Source: Cetorhinus maximus
Taxonomy: Eukaryota
Length of the DNA: 64,000 nucleotides
Reading direction: 5' to 3'
NCBI RefSeq assembly: GCF_964194155.1
Contig: NC_135889.1
Location: 58,342,001-58,406,000 of the forward strand
Shown here: in pieces, positions 25,477 through 38,745 of the stretch
How the letters are laid out: each line of letters starts with the position of its first letter
Numbering within the stretch: the first letter of the stretch is position 1
Translations under genes and position numbers: made by a program
The notes under the pieces: generated by a model
The model's database searches: none
What the model saw: the letters and a program-made list of their open reading frames with translations, nothing else
Told to the model about the DNA's origin: nothing

Positions 25477-28214
25477 AAACGGAAACAGCTTTTTTTCTGG
25501 AACCGCCTCCGTCCCACTACAACTCACATCTGAAATGTCGAAGTACACGTCCATGTGCACCTTCATCCCACTTAATGGCTGTTAGCCCGACGCAACTCGC
25601 TGAAGTCAACAGGATGCATATATAGTTCATAAAAAAATGTTCTAATGTAATAAATTGGACACAGCTTCAACAGATCTCCGAGCATTTCACATACTGTAAA
25701 CGGATGAAACACTCTATTAATCCCACGTTTTTATTAATAAAGCTTCAAATATCTGAAATGTTCAAACGTTCCATTGATTCTATCAAATCAATTTCAATAA
25801 TTCCTGAAAGCCTAATAGCTAAAATTGGTACGACGTATTATCCGATAATGCACTATTTTAACTGGTGATAATTCGTAACATATACTTATGTGGGATAAAA
25901 ATATAACATGCTCATTAAGAATACCATAGAGGTTTTATATTTTAACCTATTCCATTTAGTTATTTATGATCGGATATCTCTGTTGGGTAATAACAATCGC
26001 TATGCGGAGGACATCTATGTTTAAATCAGGCATGCTTTTTGTGACCTTACTTTAATTCATTTTGGTAAACAAAAAAGGACGAATATGACGGTAAGCGGCG
26101 ACAATGTTTCAAAACTCAACACGTGAACATTAGTGCAAATTATCTATGGAGTTTGGAAAATGTATTCTGTGCCTAACTAGTTAAGGGACCGTTTAAAAAT
26201 CGAATAACCAACTAATGCACCAAATGTAGTGCGATCAGACCCTTTCGCCTTTTCGTACAACGTAAGCGTTCATAAAATTGAACAATGCCCCACATCAGCA
26301 TAATAGAAACAAGGGCCTTATTCTAATTCTCGCCATTGAATTCAATTATTTAAGACATTTCTGATAAAAATTCCAGCAAGTTCATTATATTAAAGTCTGC
26401 TTGCATTATTAGGCGGTAACGAAAACGGGTCCAGTTCTTAGTGCTTCTACATTTGATTTGAATAATGTTGCGCAGTTCTATTGTGTTTAACATGTGCCGC
26501 TGCAAATGGAAATGTTGCGGTTAAATTCTGTTGTGAGTCTGTGTTTACAATACTCACATTTCAGTAACATTCGCTAGGCTGGTGGTAGCCTCCCTGAACA
26601 TTTTACATTTCCTAAGAATGCTGTCCGTTAGGAGAGAACCACGAACCCTCATTTTATACTTAGAGAAAGAAAATGTTGAACCAAAACTGTGAAGTACATA
26701 TCAACATTTGCAATGCTAGTATCAAAGCTAAAATAAACGCACCTCTCATTGATATCTGCTCCTCTTTAGGATTTCTAGAAACTTATTTTAAGCCGGATTT
26801 TCAGACCTATTCGCACGCACCAAATTTGTCAATGATTCAAACATTAACGAGGCTGTAACTAATTTAATATTTAACGTTAACAAAGATATTAAAATGTATC
26901 AATAGCAAATCAAATTGAATGAAGTATCAAACATAATGCGCCTACCTTATTGAACTATGCAACTAACTTTGAGGCTAAATATGACTTTTGATAATTAAAA
27001 CTCACGCGCAGTCCCTAAGGTCACAACACGAGTTATTTCAACTGCAGAAATGTGATATTTTAAATGTTTTCATTTATACTGTTAATAATTCTTGGTCTAT
27101 AAGTTAACAATTTACTCTGCCCTCGAATATATATATTTATCTATTTACAATTTGACACGAATTGACCCTTTCAGTTAAAATCATGTGCAGCAAAATCAAA
27201 GCAGATACCGCACCACATCCTCACCGGAAAGAAAAGCGACTGGTCGTCCTCTCTCCCTTTTATGATCTCACGATGCCCTAAAAATGCCGAACCAGTTTCT
27301 TTTGCAAGACTTTAAAATCCAGGCGTAATTGCGAGCAAGGGCGCTTTATCGAAGGTGGGTCCTCAACTAACGCTTTTTGCAAAAACTCGAAATAACTTCA
27401 CAAAATGAAACTCCTCAGTTCAAGGTCAATGTCGAATGGGATCAAATCGCCATTTTTTTTTAAAGAAATGTTGCTAACTTCGTTTTAGTGCAAAATGTGC
27501 TTTCGAATGAAAAGTCACCCCAGTTAGTAAATTAGTGCCGCAACAGGAAAAATTGAGGCTTTCATTAGAACAATGAATGACATTGGGTGAAGAATCCACA
27601 CTTTACAGCTACCATAACAAACGCTGCTTTATTGTTCGTGTTGTTTTCTTAAAGCTCTCATTCGATCACGTTCATTATTTCAATACAGTTCCTGAAATTC
27701 TATCGTAACTTATATAAGAATATACTGAAGAAAACTACAATCGAGCGATTTGTGTGTTGTATATTTCACAGAAACTAGTAGTAAACCTAATTCACCTACA
27801 TTCTTTTGTTTACAATATGACACCAGTGCCGGGTTGTGCTTGGTTATCCGGATGTGAACACAAAATAGATTAACATGTAGAAAATACACTTGCTGTATAA
27901 ATTCGTGAAAATACCCTAAATCTAATTGATGTACAATGTTAAACCCCAGATTATTAAGAAATTGAACACCGTCATTCGCAAACTTTACATAGTTTGAATT
28001 GAAATACTTACTTTAGCGCGCTTTTCTTGAAAAGTACGCAATGCTGCTGTCTAAGTCGCTAATGCAACCTTTCAATAAGATCTTGAAAGAAAAAATATTG
28101 GCCTAATTAGTACATCTGGCACTGGTTTGCGGCGTAAAGTACGAACGACCATCTTGTGGCCCGCGTTTCAGTAGTACCAACGATTATGTTGCTTCGTGTT
28201 TTACGGCAGATTGT

Positions 28215-28228
28215 CCAGTAGATGGCGA
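28215..28228 (+). promoter_or_regulatory. Candidate CTCF site between HoxD12 and HoxD13
   Basis: CCAGTAGATGGCGA fits the CTCF core consensus CCASYAGRKGGCR. Confidence 0.55.
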
Positions 28229-28275
28229 ACTAGCTCTGCGATCAGGGTAGTCCTTATTATTCATGATGTTAAATA

Positions 28276-28312
28276 AAGTCAAGGTCAAAGACCATAACGG
28301 TAGTCAAGGTCA
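28276..28312 (+). promoter_or_regulatory. Tandem nuclear-receptor DR0 / extended half-sites (NR6A1/NR5A/ERR type)
   Basis: AAGTCAAGGTCA at 28276-28287 and TAGTCAAGGTCA at 28301-28312. Confidence 0.55.
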
Positions 28313-30917
28313 ATGGTAAATAGAAATTTGACGTCAGATCGCTGAACATCCTTCCTAAAATGTATCTTAAAACCACGGAGATCCGACAAATTTAATGAAA
28401 GAAAGTCAGCCAGCATGCAAGCACATGTTAAATACGACAGAACACGAAGTTTTATTTAATTTTAAAATCCACGATGCTTTTCAATCTTCTTCTGAGGTTG
28501 GCGAAGAGGACTTATCCCAATGCACAGGAACATGGTTAGAAAGTGTTAGCAGATGCTAAATAAAGATGGCAGGGTCAGGAGCATTATCACCTACTAAGGT
28601 CATGCTCATATAAATGCCGGCAATCATACTTAGCTTAATTCTAAACTTCATCACTTAATATTTCTATTTTAAACAAGGGAACTGATTATGCTCTCACATG
28701 CTTACCCCTATAATAATTTCCCTTCAAAAGGCTACTTTCATTCTGTTATGAGTACGTTGCCCACATCATCATGTTGTGTTTTAATTACACGCCGTCGCCG
28801 ACAGGGATGATTCAAACGGCGTTTAAAGAATTGTTCAGAGATTACAAGGTTGCCCACTAAATTTTAAGTTTAAGATTTTAAAAAAAGCAATAGCTCGATT
28901 GTTTAAACGTTTAATTGCATTTAATAATCAAAAATATGTTTTGTAGCACACATTTTATCGTGCCTCTCTTCGAAGTTGTTGGTTCTGATAACTAACTGGC
29001 ACTTTGTGCCAAGCAGTTTATTTATCTATTTATCAGTGATTCTTTGCAGCCAACCGCACAAAATAATGGAATTTTTATGTGAAATGAGCACAACCCTACC
29101 TTGAATTAACCGGTACATGGAAAAGCCACATAACGGCAAGCAACCTGGCACTTTTTAATATCAGAAATTAGTGTTCCAGTGGTTCGACCATATTTAAAAT
29201 TTACCTCACTGCATGACCCATTTTCTGCCTTCAATTTGGCCTACTCATAACCTGCTTTAAAACGCAACAGCCTGGAAACAACACAATGTTTCAAATAGTT
29301 TAATTTTAAATTTACAAAACACGCAGCAATTAAATACTGAGAAAAATATGTTAACATAAGATATCATTAAAATATTCTAAAATAATTTATTTCTACGCGC
29401 ACATTTCCAGGTCGTTACAGTTTGTTAATACCGCAATCCCTACTTATTAATATGGTGTTTAGAAATTTGTATTCCCCCTCCACATCCCCTCCCAAACACC
29501 GTGGCACAAATGTGACTAATGTACATGTGCAAATTAGAGAAGCAATTCGTGTAAATACTGCTGAGCTTAATATAAAATATGACCATGTGACAAAACAAAA
29601 AAATGTTGAATCCATTTACAAGAAATATAAAACTTGAAGACAGTTAAAGTGTGATTTGTTTTAATATTTTACACGGCATAGATCAAAATAAGGAAACCAT
29701 GCGAGTTCATATTTAACTCATCCTGGGCAAAGAAAATGATGGTCAAAATGAGCAAATGTTTGCGTTAAAAATGTACATAAAACATAGAAATAATGCCGAA
29801 CTTCTCCACTATTTTACTCGTATAGTTATCATGATTACAATAATGAAGTAATTTAAGTATACAGCGCAACAAGTTACTAATGAGAAAACAGCTGTAAAAG
29901 TTTCAATGAAAGGCACCGCATTCAAAACGACCATGGGGCATTCAAATATATTAGCATTTGTTTTGAAAATAACAGTTTTAAATGAACAAAAGATTCAAAA
30001 TGCAGAAACATAGATTTTCGTACTTGAACTCATAACTTTTAAGGACATTTTAAATTTGACAAGCATTTCACTTGAGACTGAATTTAAGTTTAATGTTTGC
30101 ATTTACTGAGGACAACGTGTAACAATAGAACGTTCTGCAGTGAGTAAAAAGGTCCTTTCAGTATCTAGGCTAAATAATTTATTATGAAAATGATTGTAAA
30201 TTCGCTGCCGATTAATATGATAATATCTTATGAGATTGTACCGCAGTTAATCTGTAACTATCTCATTTATATTTAATTTCTAACTGGCACTGATTTGAAA
30301 TGGCATTTTAGCAATATACTTTCAATCATTTACAACAGAATGGATTTTGTTGCTAGTATATATGATTAGCATTTGAACCCACTCGCAATCTAGCCATTGT
30401 ACCTCTTGCAAAGCATGACTGAAAACTTAAATGTTAAATAGAAATCGCTTTGCATCAACAAAGTTATAAATACGTTCCATTTGATGTCAACTTTTGTGTC
30501 TGAATGTGTTATCAGTTGTCGACGCCATTTTATCTGCATATTGCAAAACCTCCGGTAACTCAGCTGAACCCTCGAAAAATGTACTTAAAACTCAACGAAG
30601 CATTACTTTGCAGCAGTATTTGCAATGTCACTCGTGAAAATAATCCTGCACGGTAACACAATGCAAGTGCGTGAACGTGGAACTGTTCGCACTGTTAAGA
30701 ATGCCTTATTTCTTTGAAGGTGATGAAGTCAGATCAAGATTTTTGGCAAAGTTTTGCACAAACATTTTGTGGAAATTGTCAGTTTAAGATTTTTTTTTGT
30801 AAATCCGAAGATGTGTCTTGAACGTCTCCCACATTCATTTAGTTTCCCTTTCTAAAAGGAAAACCATCACATGTAATTTACAATGAGCCAATACCCTGGG
30901 CACTGATCCCTGCCGCA

Positions 30918-31168
30918 TCAAGGTATATTTTCTTTGACTTTGGAAACCACTTTCTTCTCCTTGACTCTTCTGTTCTGAAACCAAATGGTAACTTGTCTTT
31001 CGGTAAGGTTGGTGGCTGTTGATATCCTTCGCCTTTTTTCCTTGGTTATGAATTTGTTTGTGGCGTATTCTCGCTCCAGTTCTTTAAGCTGGGTTTTCGT
31101 ATAAGGAACCCTTTTTTTCCTCCCTCGCCTGTAAATGTTTATATCAGTCTGATTGTGCATCACATCTC
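30918..31168 (-). CDS. hoxd13: HoxD13 exon 2 (homeodomain)
   Basis: Acceptor ...cccctctcag|GA. Encodes [83 protein letters not shown], a PG13 homeodomain. Confidence 0.96.
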
Positions 31169-31520
31169 CTGAGAGGGGAAAATGCAAATGATAAGAACAT
31201 AGACGTCAAGCAGCAACACTTCAAAGAATGTTAAATATAAAATAGAATATTGGCATCCCACATTTTTGGCTTTTAAAAAACATACGTTTAGTCATTCAAA
31301 TGAGACTTTTAGGCATATAGTCAATCCCACATCTCACGCATTAATTCAGATTCACGATTGCTCTGTGTTTCCAGGTCTTATTCATTTGAAATATAGTCAA
31401 TTAAAAAAAACTAGAGAATTCCTAACAATATTGCACCAAACCAACGTGGATTTATTTTATTTCCGTAACATTTTAAATAATTGTGACGTTTATTTTTCAG
31501 TGAAAATTATCCCTTAATAC

Positions 31521-32208
31521 CTGAAAGAGGAGATTTCCAAAAATGTGGAGTCTGTGTCTGTTCTTTCGGACAATACACTTGACCGTTCCAGCCATTAGCA
31601 AATGACCAAGGCTGATAGCCCTCCATGGAAATTAAGGCTTCATGCCTTGGCTCTCCGTGACCGCTTATTGTGGGGACTACTGGAACGTCCAAATAGCCAG
31701 AGACCCGTTGGTATGGATTGGGGTAGCTCTGATAAAATGCAAATTCTTTTGCCCGGGATGACACCTCGTCAGTGGGAACAGGGGTGTTCGTCAAACCCGA
31801 AACGTCCATGTATTTGTCCACTGGGTAGCCGGCTAGAGATGCATGCGCACCAGATTTCAGTCCAGTTTGCTGAATGCCAACATTTCGACAACTGTAATAG
31901 CTGCTTCCAAAATGATAGCCGTAGCTGATCGCTGGGTTTGGAGGGCTTGTCGGAGCTGGGCATGGGCTACATTGCTTAGCAGATTCAGAAATGACAGAAT
32001 GCGTTCGATCTCCGACGGAGTAAGCGGGACCCGAAGATAACGAGTTGTGATGAGCTCCAAATGCAGAGGCAGACAGAAAATTCCTGCATTGATTTGAAGG
32101 GACGTTCCCTCCCAGTCCTTCCATCTCCGAGTTAGTTGTGTTGTTTCTGTTGTGCAGGTACCTGATTGTATCAGTCCTCCAAGGGGCTGAAAGAAAAGAA
32201 GCTGTCAT
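31521..32208 (-). CDS. hoxd13: HoxD13 exon 1 (ATG at 32208; alternative in-frame ATG at 32124)
   Basis: PG13 motifs [44 protein letters not shown] and [18 protein letters not shown]. Phase-1 donor TCAG|GTATTA at 31521/31520. Confidence 0.93.
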
Positions 32209-32236
32209 ATCACGACCCACTGCAAACTAAGTACTG

Positions 32237-32338
32237 CTTTATAAAAGCAGTCTCGGGAGTGAGAAGAGGTGCTTATTTTCACTGATTAGAGTGTGCACCG
32301 AGCGAGTGAAACCTGATAGGTCGATTCTGACCACGTGA
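32237..32338 (-). promoter_or_regulatory. HoxD13 core promoter (TATA box and E-box)
   Basis: Minus-strand TATAAAG at 32243-32237 and CACGTGA at 32332-32338. Confidence 0.55.
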
Positions 32339-35300
32339 TACGCAGCAACTGGAGCTGGCTTCAGCAGTCATTGCAATCCTCCTCTCCCGATGTTAAAACA
32401 ATTTCATTTTTCCTAAATTAATCCATTGTAATTGACCATAGGGGCTGTCGTGCATTGGAAATAGAAAACACGATGGTGTTTTTCCAAGGCAGTACTCTTA
32501 CGATTTCTTTCACTGAGATTTATTATAGATGGCTTGCATAATGTACAGTTTGGTAGGATCAGTAAATCATACGTACAGCATACATGAGATATTCTTTGAG
32601 TCAATTTTCTTTTCTGCATTGCTCCCCGTTTCAAGTACCGCTTTGGATATCTTTTGCAAAATACCCATTTCAAACGGGCACGGAATCATATAATTAAAAA
32701 GAGCTGAACAGCGGTGACATTGTTTGCATTTTCGGATATTGTAACGAAGACTCTCGGCTATAGCCTGTTTAGCATCCACATGAGTCGTTCAGGACAGTAT
32801 ATATATATATATGCTCTAGATATAAAACGACGCTATCTGCATGATTCTGCATACAAATGTGGAATAGGTTGTAAAGATCATTCATTTTTTTCTAATCAAC
32901 TCACAAGGCACTCGCACATATTCATTTCCCTCAAATTTTATATATGCTCAATTTTCAAAAGCTTGAGAAGAAATTAATCGGATCTATATTTACTTTTCGC
33001 TCAGATACTCGATCTGCAAAAAATTAAGGGCTATTTTATTTAGCTGATGTGCTCCGGGGATGTGGAGATTGTCGATATCTGATACTTCATTTTGATTTGT
33101 ATGCGATATTCTATATTTTATATTATTTCATTGTCCTTTCAGCACATCATTTTCGCATCTTAGTTAGTACTTTACATCAAATACGCTAAATTATTCCAAA
33201 TTGTCAACTATCCGATCGCTATTTGCCTGGGGCAGAGTTTGCGGTTACTTGTGTCAAACATATAAATATATGATATCGGGGCATGCCGCGTTCTCAAAGC
33301 TTAGGAAACGCCGTATTTTTTTTTCTGCAGGCCATGTTCTGGTTATCTGAAATTTGAAAATGGAGTTTGTGGGTAAGTTCCAGTATAATTCGAGTGTGTG
33401 ATTGAATTGACTCCATTGCTATCAAGGGCCGTGGGATATAAACATAAATATTCAGTAACATAACTCTGTTATTGGAAATAGGGCATATTTTGATGACTAC
33501 AATCTATTTTAATGATAAGATAAGTCGTGGAAAAGCATTGATATTTTGCACTCCCGACACATGAATTCGCAAAGTTGGCAAAATAACGTTTTGTGACACA
33601 AGTTAAACGATACTTTGCAACTTATCTTAGAATAAGCGGCTCATAATATGCGCTACAAATATTGCAGTATATTTTGTGATTCATTAAAACAAAGAAATCC
33701 CATCCTGGGAAGGTATTTAGTTGCAAATTATATGCTGCACTTAGCTATGAAATCAGTAGTCTCAGTCACATTTTACAAATGTTAAATGGATAATGGAAAG
33801 ATCTTGGATACTGTGGCTTGGTTTTCAGTAAGGAATATTATGGAAAACTGAGGGTTCATCTTACTCTTCCACTGCACATATTTTCACATCTTCCTCAAGG
33901 TTGCAGAGTCGGTGCGTAAGTAAATTCGTTGACGAGGCTGACATTCAAACTTATCAGAATGTTTCGACAAACAGCAACTGAAAAACTCCAAACAATTAGT
34001 TAACGAGATTCTGTGCACGAGCAAAATAAGTATTATGGGGATATTTCAAAGAAAGCGCTTCCAATCTTGTCTTAATTTCCCCCCACCCCCTATATCAAAG
34101 GGAGGAGTGGAAACTGCAATATGTACCCTTATTTCACAGAGACAAAGCAGATTCTACCTAGAAGCATCCATGATTTGGATAAATTAATGATTGCATTAAA
34201 TTACATCCATCCATTCCTGCGAATCGTCTGCTTTATTTTCTTTAAAACAAAACCTGCACTGGCTCATTGCGCTTCGTTTATATTTGGTGAATTAGTTCCA
34301 ACAGCCTTTTAAATAAATAACAGGAAGGAAAAGGGTTTCAAAACAGCAAATTCAATGCTTATCCTTCCTATTCGAGTATCTGATCTGACTAAGGACGGCG
34401 CGTTTATTTAAGAACATGCGAATGGTATCTTCCGTCAGAAAATCAAACACCAAAGGAGCTGCTCCTACTTTCAGTGAGAGGAAAAAGAAACGTGCTAGCG
34501 ACACATTTCGGATGGCTACTTTTATTTAGAATTCCGGGAAGACGCAGGGTCTAAAGTATGCCGCTGTCTCAAGTTGGTCGCATCAATGGTATGCAGACAA
34601 AGGGGTTCTTTCCGGAAGTAGATGAAGTCCAAGGTCAAGGTGGAGAGAGAGGGAGGGACGGAGGGGGAAAGAAAGATGGTAAACACTGGTTTGAAGCAAC
34701 TCAACAGCTCCATTGGATCTATGTGAACGCTTCAAAGATTGAAGTTAGCTGTGAATTACAACATAGCTTTGCAAAGTTGTGTGCTATTGCTAAATTGTGT
34801 CAGGTCATTCTTCAGCGTCAGAAATACCTGTGGTACCATATAAAGTTAAGCACTAATTTACATATAATAGTGTGCGTTAGATTTCTGATTCATACTACTT
34901 GAAAAATAAAATATCATTTTCACTAGAAAATTGAATAAGATTCAAGAAGAGGACAACGTCGAAGGCCCAATGCCGATTTTCGCGGGCAGCTAGGGATGGA
35001 CAATAAATATGACCTTGCCGGCTTCGCAAAACAAAGACAGGGACCCCATTGATGTAAATATAAGATTTAACAATCCGCATGTTATTTGTAAATGTTGTTT
35101 TTTGAATGCTGATCCTGTTCAATATTATTTATATGTTATACGCTGATATCATTTAGTTAACAGAGTTGAAGCTTAAGGCCACTTCCATTAAAAAGGCAAG
35201 GTTTTATTTGAATGTTGTTTTGTTTCACAGCAATTTCCCCCAGTCTCAGCGAAGTTCAACGTCAACTTCCCACTGTCGCTTTGTAAATCCTGTGGACAAC

Positions 35301-37149
35301 CGTCACTGGGAAACATTCCTCCAATATATAACATTTCTTTTATTCTGCTTTAATTATTACAATTGATCTTCCTTCCCTTGTTGGTGTCTATTTGCTTGAT
35401 GGATTCAAACTGGCATTTTGGTTATTGAAAATAACATTTATCGTTTAAAAATATTCATAGGATATTATTCCGAATGATCCTTGACTCATCAAGAGATTCC
35501 TAACTCTAAAGCAGCAATAGAAATTCCGATTTAAATTCAAACCGATTACAAGGATAATCCTTTTTATGCCTTGCCAATTTTTTATAATCGCCAACTTTCG
35601 CTACAAAGTATGAATAATAATTTTCTTTTGCACAACTCGTTACACATTTTTAAAATTATAACAAGAAGCTTTTCTAAATCGTAACCACTATTGGGTTATT
35701 TTCACCCTGAACTTGTGGAGTAGCGGACCACTCAGGTCGCGTAACATAGTACGTGCAAAGCAGCTCGTTGAAACTTGAGCTGTAAGCATGGTAGCATTAG
35801 TATTCCTAATGCGGAAATATCGACTTAAAGAGATTTTCTCCAAAATTAGTTAACGACAATAGATATGTTTACACCAGTTGATAAAAGATATTTCCAGCTA
35901 ACAATATTTATTAAAGTGAGACTGAATATGTTACAGGTCATATGAGTCCCGTTTGAAAGCACATTATCGTAAACATGTCGTTTTAGTCAGACGTAATGAC
36001 CGATATTAATACATGAATGAAACCAGATTACACGCCACAAAATGCTCGCTATATGTTTTGTCCAACTGGAAACAAAGCATTATCAGTCCCTCACTGTCCA
36101 GGTACCATAATACTTACCATATGTATTTGAAAATAAACCCTAGGCAGTTGCTAAAACTAGATCGAAATTTACTTGTGATATTTCAGATATACAGTAAAAT
36201 TACTCTTACACGTAAAATGCACCTATATAAAATGGACTTAATCTCTCATCAGTAATCAGGGTAACGAAATATATTTTTAATCTGACATTGCTAGCAACCA
36301 ATTAATTACTTGATGTTGTGAATGTCTCCTCCCTCACCTTTCGCGCGTATGCTCCAGTTGGACCTACAAAAATAGCTTATTGCGTAGCACGCCGCATAAC
36401 AACACTCTGCTCTGATCCTACAGTCCCAAGTATCTCCCTAGCGAACTCATTACAAATATCCCAACGGTTTCATCTATCTTAAGAGAATGTAACAATATTT
36501 ATAAATAAAACATTCGCTTCATTCAAAAGCAGCTGTTAAATGTCCTTGGAATAGTAAAACGTCCCTATGAGCAATAAACATAACTGAATAGGCCATATTG
36601 TCTGCTGGGCTGAGGACTGAGAGTATACACAAAGCAACAAGTCATGTTAAACTTCATCATGTAAAATTATTGCATTTTGAAAGAAAGTGTTAGCTGCAGA
36701 TGCCAGTTCTTCGATAAGGGCACCATAGAATCTATCTGGGCACTGATAGTGGATGCTCGTTTTCTTATGGACTATATATTCCATTTAAAATGAATTTATC
36801 TGTACTGGCGCAAAGCAACACCAGCAAGACAGTAAATCTAACAATGAACGGGAAAGGTTTGCTGATAAGGTGTGTGGAATTCAAATGTAAAATGCATACC
36901 TCTACTAGAGTGGCGTGTTGAGCAAATATGCTTCCACAATGCATTCAAAGGATTTTCAGAATTTTGTCAAGCAAAAAACAAGAAGTACCGTCTGGAGGGT
37001 GATGTAAAAAAAAGTGTTCAAGAGATTGTCACCCCAGTGTCCAATTCTACTCGATAGTGTTATGGCAAATAAATAAATTCCACTGCTTGGTTTGTAAAAT
37101 GAATTATCGCGTATTTCAATTGCTTGCACAGAATGCCATTCTCGTGTCC

Positions 37150-38745
37150 CATAAGAGCATAAGACACAGGAGCAGAAATTAGGCCATTCGGCCCATCGAA
37201 TCTGCTCCGCCATTCAATCATGGCTGATAAGTTTCTCAACCCCATTCCCCCGCCTTCTCCCCATAACCTTTGATCCCCTTACCAATCAAGAACCTATCTA
37301 TCTCCGTCTTAAATACACTCAATGACCTGGCCTCCACAGCCTTCTGTGGCAATTAATTCCATAGATTCACCACTTTCTGGCTAAAGAAGTTTCTCCTCAT
37401 CTCTGTTCTAAAAGGCCTTCCCTTTACTCTGAGGCTGTGCCCTCGGGCCCTAGTCTCTCCTACTGATGGAAACATCTTCCCCACGTCCACTCTATCCAGG
37501 CCTTTCAGTATTCTGTAAGTTTCAATCAGATCCCCCCTCATCCTTCTAAACTCCATCGAGTATAGACCCAGAGTCCTCAAACGTTCCTCATATGTTAAGC
37601 CTTTCATTCCTGGGATCATTCTCGTGAACCTCCTCTGGACCCTCTCCAGGGCCAGCACATCCTTCCTGAGATATGGGGCCCAGAATTGCTCACAATATTC
37701 TAAATGTGGTCTGACCAGAGCCTTATAAAGCCTCAGCAGCACATGCCTGCTTTTATATTCTAGTCCTCTCGAAATAAATGCCAACATTGCATTTGCCTTC
37801 CTAACTACCGACTCAACCTGCAAGTTAACCTTAAGAGAATCCTGGACTAGGACTCCCAAGTCCCTTTGCACTCCAGATTTCTGAATTCTCTCCCCATTTA
37901 GAAAATAGTCTATGCCTCTATTCTTCCTACCAAAGTGCATGACCTCACACTTCCCCACATTGTATACCGTCTGCCACTTCTTTGCCCATTCTCCCAACCT
38001 GTCCAAATCCTTCTGCAGCCTCCCCACCTCCTCAATACTACCTGTCCCTCCACCTATCTTTGTATCATCTGCAAACTTAGCCAGGATGCCCTCAGTTCCT
38101 TCATCTAGATCATTAATGTATAAAGTGAAAAGTTGTGGTCCCAACACTGACCCCTGCGGAACTCCACTAGTCACCGGCCGCCATCCTAAGAAGGACCCCC
38201 TTATCGCAACTCTCTGCCTCCTGCCAGACAGCCAATCTTCTATCCATGCTAGTACCTTGCCTCTAACACCATGGGCTCTTATCTTACTAAGCAGCCTCCT
38301 GTGTGGCACCTTGTCAAAGGCCTTCTGGAAGTCCAAGTAGATAACATCCATTGGCTCTCCTTTGTCTAACCTACTCATTACCTCCTCAAAGAATTCTAAC
38401 AGATTTGTCAGGCATGACCTCCCCTTGATGAAACCATGCTGACTTTGCCCGATTTTACCATGCACTTCCAAGTATTCTGAAACCTCATCCTTAATAATGG
38501 ATTTTAGAAAATCTTACCAACGACCGAGTTCAGGCTAATCGGTCTGTAATTTCCCGTCTTTTGCCTCACTCCCTTCTTAAACAGGGGGGTTACATTAGCG
38601 ATTTTCCAGTCCTCTGGGACCCTCCCTGACTCCAGTGATTCCTGCAAGATCACCACTAATGCCTCCACTATCTCTTCAGCTATCTCCTTCAGAACTCTGC
38701 GGTGTAATCCATCTGGTCCAGGTGATTTATCCACCTTCAGACCTG
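37150..38745 (-). mobile_element. 5'-truncated CR1-clade LINE (reverse transcriptase part of ORF2, 3' UTR and tail)
   Basis: RT motifs KSPGPDG, NYRPISL, QHGF, YLDFQKAFDKVPH, GVPQGSVLGP and FADD. There is one frameshift near 38500 and one premature TAA at 37353-37355; the natural stop is at 37236-37238. A 3' stem ggagcaga...tctgctcc spans 37169-37208, followed by a short repeated cataaga tail. Confidence 0.95.

Noticed and set aside
5012-32208. Assignment to the HoxA or HoxC cluster
   Set aside because: The presence of PG12, D-type residues, and adjacent Evx2 and lnpk support HoxD.
37912-38340. 142-aa plus-strand ORF
   Set aside because: Antisense shadow of the LINE RT frame.
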